From: a virus
Lineage: Duplodnaviria > Heunggongvirae > Uroviricota > Caudoviricetes
Length of the DNA stretch: 64,000 nucleotides
Strand: one strand, 5' to 3'
Virus record (IMG/VR): IMGVR_UViG_2872147552_000001
In this document: piece after piece, positions 8,650 to 18,068 of the stretch
Numbering within the stretch: the stretch's first letter is position 1
How the letters are laid out: every line of letters begins with the position of its first letter
Position numbers and translations under genes: made by a program
The notes under the pieces: generated by a model
Database searches by the model: none
What the model saw: only the letters and a program-made list of their open reading frames with translations
Told to the model about the DNA's origin: nothing

Positions 8650-9384
8650 TTACTTAGTTTTGTTTAGCAGAGAGAGAATTTCATCACTAATTTCACTCGC
8701 CTGTTTGATAGCCAATGCAGTTACCTCTTCTATGGTTGGTGACTGTTGATGCTCATGTTTGGTTTCAGTTATGACAATGTGTTCTTCACCTGAATTTGCG
8801 CATAGTGCCGCATTGACTATAAGGTTTGAGTAAGAATTTAGCAGAGCACTGTTGATAAACGCTTTCACGGTATTACTGTCTGCACCAAATACATCTTTTC
8901 TGACCGCTTCAGCCTCACAGCGAACCCCTGCAGCAACATCGTGAAGAACATGTATGGCCTTGGAGCTTGTTTGTTCACAGTACTCAATCATTATTGTCGA
9001 ATTGTTCTGTTCAACAAATGATCTGATGCCTGACGATTCACCCATAGCATCGAAGGCAGCGTGACCCGCACTAGTAGAGATATCTTCGTAGAGTTCTTCA
9101 TCGCTATCTTTTTCTTCAGGTGTCGAGGTGTCTTCATCGTCGTAATAGATATTGCCTTTAATCAGTGTTTTGGATACTTGATATAAACAATAAGAGACGA
9201 GATTTAAGCATTGGATTTTAGCTGTATTGTCCTTTGTCGCCTCGCTCTTCAGTTCTTTCGCTTCTTCAGTAAGGCTGTTGATAAGACTTTGTATTTTTTC
9301 CAACGCGTTAGGTGCACACTCCGCGTTGTCCATAAAGAATTTATAACCAGTTCCAGGGATTTCTAAACTTTTCAACTTTTTCAT
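8650..9384 (-). CDS. hypothetical protein (244 aa)
   Basis: Long ORF, acidic Ser/Glu-rich middle; no family recognised. Confidence 0.5.
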   Translation of the reverse strand: MKKLKSLEIPGTGYKFFMDNAECAPNALEKIQSLINSLTEEAKELKSEATKDNTAKIQCLNLVSYCLYQVSKTLIKGNIYYDDEDTSTPEEKDSDEELYEDISTSAGHAAFDAMGESSGIRSFVEQNNSTIMIEYCEQTSSKAIHVLHDVAAGVRCEAEAVRKDVFGADSNTVKAFINSALLNSYSNLIVNAALCANSGEEHIVITETKHEHQQSPTIEEVTALAIKQASEISDEILSLLNKTK

Positions 9385-9429
9385 TTCTTTGATAATCCTA
9401 AAAACAAACTACCAATGCTTTAATATCTG

Positions 9430-9729
9430 TTACCAGTTCCAGCACTCAAGCCCTTCAACGACCGGTGCACCACAATCAAAATGTACAGAGTCAAAGCCTA
9501 CATCAAGTACTTTCTGAATGTTAGCAATCGCGCCTTCGGATATACCATATCGACGCAAGTCCTCTTTCCAGACATCATCCTGTAACCCGGCGTGGACAAT
9601 ACAACCGCCGTCAATTTGCGAAACCCAATCCAGCTCATTGCTTGCGATCATGAATCGGCGAGCATCTTCCTCTGATGTATGAGATGAACTGATCAATGCC
9701 ACCTGGTAGGCTTGGGTAATGTTCAACAT
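9430..9729 (-). CDS. hypothetical protein (99 aa)
   Basis: ATG with GGAG RBS; class A motif in leader. Confidence 0.45.
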   Translation of the reverse strand: MLNITQAYQVALISSSHTSEEDARRFMIASNELDWVSQIDGGCIVHAGLQDDVWKEDLRRYGISEGAIANIQKVLDVGFDSVHFDCGAPVVEGLECWNW

Positions 9730-9741
9730 TTCAACCACTCC

Positions 9742-9756
9742 GAAACAATTTGTTTT
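9742..9756 (-). promoter_or_regulatory. class A palindromic leader motif
   Basis: gaaacaatttgtttt. Confidence 0.45.
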
Positions 9757-9790
9757 CTTATGTGGTTTATTATCTCCATCAACAAAAGGC

Positions 9791-9807
9791 AGAAAACAAA
9801 TTGTTTT
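9791..9807 (-). promoter_or_regulatory. class A palindromic motif, second copy
   Basis: agaaaacaaattgtttt 35 nt further upstream. Confidence 0.4.
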
Positions 9808-9844
9808 AGGTACTGTGTAAATCAGAAGGGATTGTGTCTATATG

Positions 9845-9871
9845 AAAATGCCCGGCGTGTTGCCGGGCATT
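9845..9871 (-). terminator. rho-independent terminator of metG
   Basis: Minus-strand hairpin gcccggcaacacgccgggc followed by UUUUCAU, 20 nt after the metG stop. Confidence 0.7.
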
Positions 9872-9890
9872 GCGAAGAGAGGTTGTTTAA

Positions 9891-11924
9891 TTACTTAACC
9901 TGGTGGCCAGGTTTAGCACCAGCATCCGGGCTTAACAGGAAGATATCTTTCCCGCCGGGGCCAGCAGCCATCACCATGCCTTCAGAGATACCGAAGCGCA
10001 TTTTACGTGGTGCCAGGTTAGCCACCATAATGGTGTGACGACCAATCAGTGCCTGTGGATCTGGATAAGCGGAACGGATGCCTGAGAAGACATTACGCTT
10101 TTCACCACCGAGATCCAGCGTCAGGCGAAGCAGTTTGTCAGAACCTTCTACAAACTCTGCGTTTTCAATCAGCGCCACGCGCAGGTCAACTTTGGCGAAG
10201 TCGTCAAAGGTGATAGTTTCCTGAATCGGGTCGTCAGCCAGTGGGCCAGTTACCGGTGCGGCTGTGGCTTTCACTTCTTCTTTGGATGCTTCCACCAGTG
10301 CTTCAACCTGCTTCATATCGATGCGGTTATACAGTGCCTTGAACGGATTTACTTTATGGCCCAGCAGCGGTTGCTGGATACCATCCCAGGTCAGTTCTGT
10401 ATTCAGGAATGCTTCTGCACGTTCAGTCAGTTTCGGCAGTACCGGCTTCAGGTACGTCATCAGCACGCGGAACAGGTTAATGCCCATAGAGCAAATCGCC
10501 TGCAGATCGGCATCGCGACCTTCCTGCTTCGCCACCACCCACGGAGCCTGTTCATCGACATAGCGGTTAGCCAGGTCAGCCAATGCCATGATTTCACGGA
10601 TAGCTTTACCAAATTCGCGGCTTTCCCATGCTTCGCCAATCACTTCAGCGGCATCAGTAAAGGTTTTGTACAGTTGCGGGTCAGCCAGTTCGCTTGCCAG
10701 CACGCCGTCAAAACGCTTGTTTATAAAGCCTGCATTACGGGAGGCCAGGTTAACCACTTTGTTCACGATATCGGCATTCACGCGCTGAACGAAATCCTCC
10801 AGGTTGAGATCGATATCATCAATGCGCGAAGAGAGTTTCGCAGTGTAGTAGTAACGCAGGCTGTCGGCGTCAAAATGATTCAGCCAGGTGCTGGCTTTAA
10901 TAAAGGTGCCGCGAGACTTGGACATCTTCGCGCCGTTCACCGTCACATAGCCGTGAACAAACAGGTTGGTCGGCTTGCGGAAGTTGCTGCCTTCCAGCAT
11001 GGCAGGCCAGAACAGGCTGTGGAAGTAAACAATATCTTTACCGATGAAGTGGTACAGCTCGGCGGTGGAGTCTTTCTTCCAGTATTCATCGAAGCTGGTG
11101 GTATCGCCGCGCTTGTCGCACAGATTCTTGAAGGAACCCATGTAGCCAATCGGCGCGTCCAGCCAGACGTAGAAATATTTGCCCGGCGCGTCCGGAATTT
11201 CAAAACCGAAGTAAGGCGCATCGCGGGAGATATCCCACTGTTGCAGGCCGGATTCAAACCATTCCTGCATTTTGTTCGCCACCTGCTCCTGCAACGCGCC
11301 GCTGCGGGTCCATGCCTGCAACATTTCGCTGAAAGAAGGCAGATCAAAGAAGAAGTGTTCGGAATCACGCATTACCGGGGTAGCGCCAGAAACCACCGAT
11401 TTCGGCTCGATCAATTCAGTCGGGCTATATGTTGCGCCGCAGACTTCACAGTTATCGCCGTATTGATCTGGCGCTTTACATTTCGGGCAGGTGCCTTTTA
11501 CAAAACGATCCGGCAGGAACATGCCTTTTTCCGGGTCGTACAACTGAGAGATAGTGCGGTTTTTAATAAAACCGTTCTCTTTCAGGCGAGTATAGATAAG
11601 CTCAGACAACTGACGGTTCTCTTCGCTGTGCGTCGAGTGATAGTTGTCATAGCTGATGTTAAAGCCTGCGAAATCAGTCTGGTGTTCCTGACTCATTTCG
11701 CCAATCATCTGCTCCGGTGTGATACCAAGCTGCTGCGCTTTCAGCATGATCGGCGTACCGTGGGCATCGTCGGCACAGATGAAATTAACCTCGTGGCCGC
11801 GCATTCGCTGGTAACGAACCCAGACATCAGCCTGGATGTGCTCCAGCATATGGCCGAGGTGGATTGAGCCGTTAGCGTACGGCAGCGCGCACGTCACCAG
11901 AATTTTCTTCGCGACTTGGGTCAT
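9891..11924 (-). CDS. metG: methionyl-tRNA synthetase
   Basis: 677 aa from [26 protein letters not shown] (HIGH motif) with KMSKS and C-terminal tRNA-binding domain; very close to enterobacterial MetG from memory. Confidence 0.9.
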   Translation of the reverse strand: MTQVAKKILVTCALPYANGSIHLGHMLEHIQADVWVRYQRMRGHEVNFICADDAHGTPIMLKAQQLGITPEQMIGEMSQEHQTDFAGFNISYDNYHSTHSEENRQLSELIYTRLKENGFIKNRTISQLYDPEKGMFLPDRFVKGTCPKCKAPDQYGDNCEVCGATYSPTELIEPKSVVSGATPVMRDSEHFFFDLPSFSEMLQAWTRSGALQEQVANKMQEWFESGLQQWDISRDAPYFGFEIPDAPGKYFYVWLDAPIGYMGSFKNLCDKRGDTTSFDEYWKKDSTAELYHFIGKDIVYFHSLFWPAMLEGSNFRKPTNLFVHGYVTVNGAKMSKSRGTFIKASTWLNHFDADSLRYYYTAKLSSRIDDIDLNLEDFVQRVNADIVNKVVNLASRNAGFINKRFDGVLASELADPQLYKTFTDAAEVIGEAWESREFGKAIREIMALADLANRYVDEQAPWVVAKQEGRDADLQAICSMGINLFRVLMTYLKPVLPKLTERAEAFLNTELTWDGIQQPLLGHKVNPFKALYNRIDMKQVEALVEASKEEVKATAAPVTGPLADDPIQETITFDDFAKVDLRVALIENAEFVEGSDKLLRLTLDLGGEKRNVFSGIRSAYPDPQALIGRHTIMVANLAPRKMRFGISEGMVMAAGPGGKDIFLLSPDAGAKPGHQVK

Positions 11925-12081
11925 AGTAGGCATTACTTCTTTGTAGTGAAAAGGGGCTTGATAGTAACAAAATGGCCTTATGTCTGCCATGTGATAACAG
12001 CATTTCTCATAAATGATTAAATGTCGTAGCTGGAGTACACTACAAGGCGACAATTGCGCAAATTAAAATAAAGGAGACGGG

Positions 12082-13182
12082 ATGAGCGAGTCCAAATCGC
12101 CGGATGCCCTGAGAGCAATGGTAGCCGGTACGCTGGCTAATTTTCAGCACCCAACCCTGAAACACAACCTGACTACGCTTAAAGCGTTACACCATGTTGC
12201 GTTGATGGATGACACACTGCATGTCGAACTAATCATGCCTTTCGTGTGGAATAAGCCTTTTGAAGACCTGAAAGAGCAATGTAGTGGTGATCTGCTCCGT
12301 ATCACTGGCGCAAAGGCTATTGACTGGAAGCTGTCGTACAACATTGCCACGCTTAAGCGCGTCAAAAACCAACCAGGCATTAATGGCGTTAAGAACATTA
12401 TCGCCGTCAGCTCAGGCAAGGGCGGCGTGGGTAAATCCTCCACGGCGGTAAACCTGGCACTGGCGTTGGCTGCTGAAGGTGCGAAAGTTGGTATTTTGGA
12501 TGCCGATATCTATGGTCCATCAATTCCAACCATGCTGGGTGCGGAAAACCAACGTCCAACCTCACCTGACGGTACTCACATGGCACCTATCATGTCTCAT
12601 GGCCTGGCAACCAACTCTATTGGTTATCTGGTCACCGACGACAATGCAATGGTGTGGCGTGGACCGATGGCCAGCAAGGCGCTGATGCAGATGTTGCAGG
12701 AAACTCTATGGCCTGATCTGGACTATCTCGTTCTCGATATGCCGCCGGGCACTGGTGATATTCAGTTGACGCTGGCGCAGAACATTCCTGTAACTGGTGC
12801 GGTTGTGGTAACTACGCCGCAAGACATCGCGCTGATCGATGCGAAGAAAGGCATTGTGATGTTCGAAAAAGTCGAAGTGCCGGTACTGGGTATCGTCGAA
12901 AACATGAGTGTGCATATTTGCAGTAACTGCGGTCATCACGAGCCAATTTTTGGCACCGGTGGCGCACAGAAACTGGCCGAGAAATACAACACGCAGTTGT
13001 TAGGCCAAATGCCACTTCATATCTCTCTTCGTGAAGATCTGGATAACGGAACACCAACCGTTATTAGTCGTCCAGATAGCGAATTTACGGCTATTTATCG
13101 TGACCTCGCAGATCGCGTTGCCGCCCAAATGTATTGGCAAGGTGAAGTAATACCTGGCGAAATCGCATTCCGCGCAGTGTGA
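12082..13182 (+). CDS. apbC: Fe-S cluster carrier ATPase ApbC/Mrp
   Basis: P-loop SSGKGGVGKS, CxxC (CSNCGHH); divergent from metG as in enterobacterial chromosomes. Confidence 0.9.
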   Translation: MSESKSPDALRAMVAGTLANFQHPTLKHNLTTLKALHHVALMDDTLHVELIMPFVWNKPFEDLKEQCSGDLLRITGAKAIDWKLSYNIATLKRVKNQPGINGVKNIIAVSSGKGGVGKSSTAVNLALALAAEGAKVGILDADIYGPSIPTMLGAENQRPTSPDGTHMAPIMSHGLATNSIGYLVTDDNAMVWRGPMASKALMQMLQETLWPDLDYLVLDMPPGTGDIQLTLAQNIPVTGAVVVTTPQDIALIDAKKGIVMFEKVEVPVLGIVENMSVHICSNCGHHEPIFGTGGAQKLAEKYNTQLLGQMPLHISLREDLDNGTPTVISRPDSEFTAIYRDLADRVAAQMYWQGEVIPGEIAFRAV

Positions 13183-13183
13183 T

Positions 13184-13210
13184 AAAAAGGCGGTGCATTG
13201 CACCGCCTAA
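13184..13210. terminator. bidirectional terminator between apbC and umuD'-like gene
   Basis: aaaaaggcggtgcattgcaccgcc hairpin; T-run on minus strand. Confidence 0.6.
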
Positions 13211-13219
13211 TCAGTTCTC

Positions 13220-13609
13220 CTACATCACGGGACAATCATCAAACTCGCCACTTCTTGCGTCGTTGATAATGTGAGTGATCACACCAAACACGGCATTGCT
13301 GCCCGTGCATCCATCGTCATCCTTTGGCAATGCTTCCTTCTTACCGGTTCTTAAATCCTCCAGATGCTGACGTGGGTACTTCCGGTATCTTTTTACGCGA
13401 TATTCCCCATCCAGAGCGCATACAAGCAGAGAACCATCAACCGGGGTAAGCGAGGAATCGACCACCAGCAATGCACCCTGTAATATTCCCTCACGATGAT
13501 GACTATCAGCTGCCCTCATGAAGTAGGTCGCTGAAGGATGTCTAATTATCTGCTGATCAAGAGAAATACGGCTCTCAGCATAATCCGCCGCAGGAGAAGG
13601 GAAGCCCAT
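13220..13609 (-). CDS. umuD: UmuD'-like protein (pre-truncated, HumD-like)
   Basis: 129 aa beginning M-GFPSPAADY, the residue after the UmuD self-cleavage site; retains S24 peptidase fold motifs (HPSATYF, Ser and Lys positions). Confidence 0.7.
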   Translation of the reverse strand: MGFPSPAADYAESRISLDQQIIRHPSATYFMRAADSHHREGILQGALLVVDSSLTPVDGSLLVCALDGEYRVKRYRKYPRQHLEDLRTGKKEALPKDDDGCTGSNAVFGVITHIINDARSGEFDDCPVM

Positions 13610-13625
13610 AGCGTTTTGCCCTCAA

Positions 13626-13645
13626 TACTGTTCATTTATACAGTA
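13626..13645. promoter_or_regulatory. LexA (SOS) box
   Basis: TACTGTtcatttatACAGTA = CTGT-N8-ACAG, 17-36 nt upstream of the umuD'-like start. Confidence 0.7.
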
Positions 13646-13728
13646 TACATGAAAGAAGCTCACTCAGTGCAACTGATCGGTACATAGCACCAGACAAAGG
13701 AACGTTATTTTCTCGAACAAGAAAAGGT

Positions 13729-13743
13729 AGAAAACAAATTGTT
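13729..13743 (-). promoter_or_regulatory. class A palindromic motif
   Basis: gaaaacaaattgttt; part of the 50-bp unit repeated at 18003-18038. Confidence 0.45.
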
Positions 13744-13744
13744 T

Positions 13745-13765
13745 AAGGCCACAACTAGTGGCCTT
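13745..13765 (-). terminator. conserved GGCCAC hairpin
   Basis: aaggccacaactagtggcctt right after the gene ending at 13782. Confidence 0.45.
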
Positions 13766-13781
13766 AATGGAGAAGGGATGC

Positions 13782-14306
13782 TTATTGGCTATGGCTAAAA
13801 ATCAAATGAGACACTTCATTTGGTTGTAGCTCGTCAAGATCCGGGGCCACAAAACCTTTTCCAAAAGACTTCACAAGTGATTCACCAGCCGCATCATTGT
13901 CACCTATTACGCGAAAGTCATACGGCAGCATTGCCAGTTGACGACGTAATCCTGCTGAGAAAGTCGAACCTAACAGCGCCCACGAATTTCCGCCCGCGTT
14001 GTGCACTGCTGCACTTTTAAAAATCGACTCAGTTATCCATATCGGTCCATCTTTTAAAGGAAGATAGGTTCCCCATAGTAGCTGTCTGCCGTTCGCTCGT
14101 GTGAAATACCGGGCCATCTTCGGATTGCTATGCTGCTTAGGAGCGCCTGGTCTGTATGTCTGATACCCGGCCAACATCCCATCAAACCTGTATAGAGGGA
14201 ACGTAACAACTCCTTCGCTTTCATCGATCCACTGTCTATATGGATGCACATCATGGCGGTAGTTACGAGTTAGCAAATGAGCTTCCAGCTTTCCATATTT
14301 GGTCAT
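13782..14306 (-). CDS. hypothetical protein
   Basis: ORF track frame; start at MTKYGK ATG (alternative ATG at 14345 would overlap the upstream gene). Confidence 0.4.
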   Translation of the reverse strand: MTKYGKLEAHLLTRNYRHDVHPYRQWIDESEGVVTFPLYRFDGMLAGYQTYRPGAPKQHSNPKMARYFTRANGRQLLWGTYLPLKDGPIWITESIFKSAAVHNAGGNSWALLGSTFSAGLRRQLAMLPYDFRVIGDNDAAGESLVKSFGKGFVAPDLDELQPNEVSHLIFSHSQ

Positions 14307-14319
14307 AACTTCGCATCCC

Positions 14320-15135
14320 TCATAACACTTCCCATTTATCACCATATTTCTCCATAGCTCTTAGCCAGTAAACATGGCCACTAGGCATAGTGATGTGAGG
14401 CTCGCCAAACTCTTCTCCATGCACATCAAAGATGTCCCCAACAGAGAATTGGGGGATTTCTACGCCGTTTTCACCTATATGCGTAATTCGTATACGTTTC
14501 GGTTGAGATTCTCCCCCTTTGAGCGAGTTGTTCACTGCTCTGGCAATCTTCTCCCGCAATTGCTGCGTTCCGTGGTACTGAACCGCAATATCCCTCAACT
14601 CATTCACCAGTTCTCGAATCTGGTGATCTTTAAGCTCATTATTTGAGTGATGGGTAACAACTCTGGTTAATTCACCCTTGTCTTTTGCTCTTACGTATGC
14701 AGCTCTTGTGCATTCGACCCATGTATTACCGCCTACATTAACTTCGTAGATTAGGCTGGACTTATCTGTCAATTCGGAACAAATACGGGCCGTGGTCTGG
14801 CAACTAGAGCATTCGCAGTTATCGCGGAAACCGTGATCTACCGGTCGAGAAAGAGGTTTAACTTTTTCATCCAACTTCATCACAGCATCGTGATAAGCGT
14901 TCCAGCCGTCATCTTTACCAAGTTGATAAATCTCTGAAGGCTCCATGTAGTCTATATCGCAACCTTCTTCATCCGATCTATCTGGTCGCTTCCCTGGTAA
15001 TCGCTCATAAAAACGATTTCTGTCTCGACGTTCGGCTCTCAGTGCTAACGCAAGAAGTTGCTCAAGCGAGGTATTTGCACCAGCAATAATTTCATTGAGA
15101 ATATCTTCTGTGAGATCTTTCGCTACCGTGCTCAT
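14320..15135 (-). CDS. hypothetical protein (271 aa)
   Basis: Long ORF with Cys cluster CECSSCQ; operon context. Confidence 0.5.
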   Translation of the reverse strand: MSTVAKDLTEDILNEIIAGANTSLEQLLALALRAERRDRNRFYERLPGKRPDRSDEEGCDIDYMEPSEIYQLGKDDGWNAYHDAVMKLDEKVKPLSRPVDHGFRDNCECSSCQTTARICSELTDKSSLIYEVNVGGNTWVECTRAAYVRAKDKGELTRVVTHHSNNELKDHQIRELVNELRDIAVQYHGTQQLREKIARAVNNSLKGGESQPKRIRITHIGENGVEIPQFSVGDIFDVHGEEFGEPHITMPSGHVYWLRAMEKYGDKWEVL

Positions 15136-15515
15136 TTATCTCTCTCAGTATGTTGCGATGGCGTAAATTTGACGACATCAAATATTTTGGATGGCATCAA
15201 CTTTATCCGCGAGCTTAGTTCGGCTCTTCTCTGTAATGCGGTTAATAATGTTTTCGTTCTGACGCCTTCGTGTATCCTCATCCCTGGCACAAGAACTACA
15301 TCGCAGGGGAGATGCTCAGGTGACAAATCATTTTGGGCATCGCTAATCAGTCGTGTAATCTCTCTTTCAAGCCGACCGCCTAGCTCTGTTTTAGTGCAAT
15401 GTTCTGACCAATCACCAGCCTCAAGCAGCGCGAGAATGCTTAAAATATCGTCCAATAGATCAGTGGTATTATCGACTTCCTTCTGAAGCTCACCGGCTAC
15501 TGATTTATGCATCAT
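15132..15515 (-). CDS. hypothetical protein (127 aa)
   Basis: Start/stop overlap with neighbours. Confidence 0.45.
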   Translation of the reverse strand: MMHKSVAGELQKEVDNTTDLLDDILSILALLEAGDWSEHCTKTELGGRLEREITRLISDAQNDLSPEHLPCDVVLVPGMRIHEGVRTKTLLTALQRRAELSSRIKLMPSKIFDVVKFTPSQHTERDK

Positions 15516-16165
15516 TCGTCATCCTCATCCGAGTCATCCTCATCACAGGATGAGAGTAGTGGGTTAGTCATTCGCCCTACTTGAGTGGCGTAGCCACGCC
15601 GACAGAGATTGCGCAGCACACTGTATATTTCGAACATCTCGGTTCGTTCATCGCCAACATCAAGCTCAGATGCTATAGCGTGGCATTCAGTCGCGAGAGC
15701 CGATATTTTCTGAAATAACTCTGCATTATTCACTGTTCGACTCCTGCGGCGTTCTGGTAGTGACATCCAGTGTGTGACATTGCTAATCAGACCATATTCA
15801 TTAGTTTGAGGATGGTTGCCGTTAGCGTCTCCGTATTTAAGACTCTCCATAAAGCCATAATGCCTATCACCATTAACGCTCACAAAGCCGTAATAAGCAG
15901 GTATAACGCCGATCTCACACGTAACCAGTAAAGGAAAACTAGTTCTCCAATTTAGCTCGCCAATTACAGGCATTCGCTCACTACAGCTTATCCAACCATC
16001 CTTAGATGCGGCTGTATTGGCATAGGCCTTACGGTGCTTCTGTAACTCTGCTGCAATCGCTCTCACGACTTCAACTGGTGCCCTTGCAGCAAACTCAATG
16101 TTGGTGATCAGCTCATTAAGATATTTCTCGCTTGGGTAGCATTTCTTATTGTTAACGGTGGTCAT
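15512..16165 (-). CDS. hypothetical protein, DUF551-like phage protein
   Basis: WISCSERMP...THWMSLP pattern; acidic C-terminal tail. Confidence 0.45.
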   Translation of the reverse strand: MTTVNNKKCYPSEKYLNELITNIEFAARAPVEVVRAIAAELQKHRKAYANTAASKDGWISCSERMPVIGELNWRTSFPLLVTCEIGVIPAYYGFVSVNGDRHYGFMESLKYGDANGNHPQTNEYGLISNVTHWMSLPERRRSRTVNNAELFQKISALATECHAIASELDVGDERTEMFEIYSVLRNLCRRGYATQVGRMTNPLLSSCDEDDSDEDDE

Positions 16166-16350
16166 TAGGCAGCTCTCTCAACAACAAGCAATTCGTCGTA
16201 GTCATAATCAGTTTCGGAACCATCCGTACCGAACAGAGTCACTTTGTCATTTTCCATCCAAAAAGATTTAACCGCACATTGTTGACCTTTAGATGTTATG
16301 AGCACATCACCAGGGATTACGTCTTCAGCGCGAACCTCTAGTGTTCTCAT
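16165..16350 (-). CDS. hypothetical protein (61 aa)
   Basis: Tightly packed between neighbours. Confidence 0.35.
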   Translation of the reverse strand: MRTLEVRAEDVIPGDVLITSKGQQCAVKSFWMENDKVTLFGTDGSETDYDYDELLVVERAA

Positions 16351-16769
16351 CGTGCTGCCCCCTCTTTGGTGAAAATGCCTGCTGCAATGCTGTTTATGAT
16401 GCTGTCAGTGCATGGAGTAGAAAGCTGGGCATCTCCAGCAATTTTCATGACCTCAACATCCGCATATCGAATACCGAGGTGTATCAGACCGGCTATACCT
16501 GACTTAAGTCGAACATTTTCCATAAACAGATCCTTTTCCCGCTGTTTAACGGTCTCCAGCTCAACACGCAACTTCTCAATTTCGGCAGCCATGTAGTAAC
16601 CAACCATAGCGAAAGTGGCGAAAGGGTAGTCCGAATCATCAGGAGATACGGAGGCCATTAGCAGACCATCGTGCATGTTCTGGCTTCCATCAGTGATAGA
16701 TACCGCATAAGAATCGCTGGTTTCCCGCTTATACAATACGACGACCGGGTTCTTGATTTTCTCTCTCAT
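16347..16769 (-). CDS. hypothetical protein (140 aa)
   Basis: 4-nt overlap with flanking genes. Confidence 0.45.
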   Translation of the reverse strand: MREKIKNPVVVLYKRETSDSYAVSITDGSQNMHDGLLMASVSPDDSDYPFATFAMVGYYMAAEIEKLRVELETVKQREKDLFMENVRLKSGIAGLIHLGIRYADVEVMKIAGDAQLSTPCTDSIINSIAAGIFTKEGAAR

Positions 16770-17311
16770 TACGATGCCTCTAACTTGTCTAACTCTTTCA
16801 GCCCTTCACGTACCGCGTTCACAATGCGTTCCAGATACTGGTATTTCGGGTTTGGTACCGTTGGCCAGTCGGCATACCACGGATCATCACCAAAGAGATT
16901 CAGTAGTTTGTTACCGACGCCGAAACAGCAGCAGCTTTCTTTTACGTCATCGGCGTTTTCCGCCTCGTCCCACATTTCGCGAGCCAGTACGGCGTCTATT
17001 TCTCTCTCTCTTCGTAACTTTATGATTTCTGACTTCACGAAAAGCAGATTTGCATCGTTGTCATCGTCGACCGTGCTTCGCAGTTGAGGGTCGAAATAGC
17101 CGATTAGATACTCGTTGCTGACCCGCTTAATGAACGTCTGCACATCATCACCGCCCATAGCAAACCAAGCCGCAGTCCACGCTTTTCCGTAGCAGGTGAT
17201 GGTGATTCTTCCCTTACCAGGTTCGTAGTTTTCAATCATCACTCGAACCGGATCGAGGCGTTCCAGATCCGTCAGCACAAAGGAAAGAACATCTATTTTT
17301 TCGATCTTCAT
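16769..17311 (-). CDS. hypothetical protein
   Basis: ATG overlaps the stop of the HD-domain gene (ATGA coupling). Confidence 0.45.
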   Translation of the reverse strand: MKIEKIDVLSFVLTDLERLDPVRVMIENYEPGKGRITITCYGKAWTAAWFAMGGDDVQTFIKRVSNEYLIGYFDPQLRSTVDDDNDANLLFVKSEIIKLRREREIDAVLAREMWDEAENADDVKESCCCFGVGNKLLNLFGDDPWYADWPTVPNPKYQYLERIVNAVREGLKELDKLEAS

Positions 17312-17949
17312 GCAGCCTCCCACGCGCTCCAGATCAGCGATTTGTGTTTTTCATAACGTTTGATGTGTACCGGTTTCAGAAGCGCAATACCTTCAGTGAC
17401 TTTCGCCATTGCGCTTAATAACAACGGGTGTTCTATACCTATCCTCTCCATGTACTCGACAACATCAGCGTTGGCACCAATCTCCTTCCCGTTAAAAAGT
17501 ACGTCCAGCATCAGCTCTTTCTCTGCAAGGTAGATAGCTGAAAACTCAGGATCGCGACTCACGATAGAAGAGGTATTGTCGAGCAGGTCAGCCAGCTTGA
17601 TCATGCGCGTCTGCATGTCGAGATTTTGCTCCAGCTCCCGGACATTGATGATGAAACGCTGTATTCGATTGCCGTCTTCTGGCCTTGCAATGTTGGTCAG
17701 AGCCTGAACCATTTCAGCTACGCGCTCACCGAAGTGATCACGAACCATCTCTATGGTTACATGGGTGTCTTCGACCACATCATGCAGAAGCGCCGCGATT
17801 TGCATCTCCACGGTTCCGTCATGCAATGCAACAATCTCTCGGACAGCAACCGGGTGGTTGATGTAGTCTTCGCCGGTATATTTTCTTTTCTGACCAACGC
17901 CACCATGAGCGCCAGCGGCGAACATATGAGCTTCGGAAATACTAGACAT
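17308..17949 (-). CDS. HD-domain phosphohydrolase, RelA/SpoT-type (p)ppGpp hydrolase-like
   Basis: HPVAVREIVALH ... AALLHDVVEDT (His...HD motif) as in the SpoT/Mesh1 hydrolase domain; no synthetase domain. Confidence 0.55.
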   Translation of the reverse strand: MSSISEAHMFAAGAHGGVGQKRKYTGEDYINHPVAVREIVALHDGTVEMQIAALLHDVVEDTHVTIEMVRDHFGERVAEMVQALTNIARPEDGNRIQRFIINVRELEQNLDMQTRMIKLADLLDNTSSIVSRDPEFSAIYLAEKELMLDVLFNGKEIGANADVVEYMERIGIEHPLLLSAMAKVTEGIALLKPVHIKRYEKHKSLIWSAWEAA

Positions 17950-18002
17950 TCTTAACTCCGTTGTTTTCTAGTTGTGGTTATTTTCACAAATAAGAAAAGG
18001 TA

Positions 18003-18017
18003 GAAAACAATTTATTT
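18003..18017 (-). promoter_or_regulatory. class A palindromic motif
   Basis: gaaaacaatttattt in the leader of the HD-domain gene. Confidence 0.45.
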
Positions 18018-18038
18018 AAGGCCACAACTTATGGCCTT
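18018..18038 (-). terminator. conserved GGCCAC hairpin
   Basis: aaggccacaacttatggcctt after the gene ending at 18069. Confidence 0.45.
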
Positions 18039-18068
18039 TATTTATTCATGCCGAAGGATTTGTAGCGT

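Noticed and set aside
10356-11867. 503-aa plus-strand ORF and other long ORFs antisense to metG
   Set aside because: They lie entirely inside metG, whose translation is an unambiguous full-length methionyl-tRNA synthetase; the antisense products are low-complexity Arg/Ala-rich
13782-14345. Longer start at 14345 for the first gene of the repeat-bounded module
   Set aside because: It would overlap the upstream gene by 26 nt; the ATG at 14306 gives a shorter protein without overlap, though the choice is not certain
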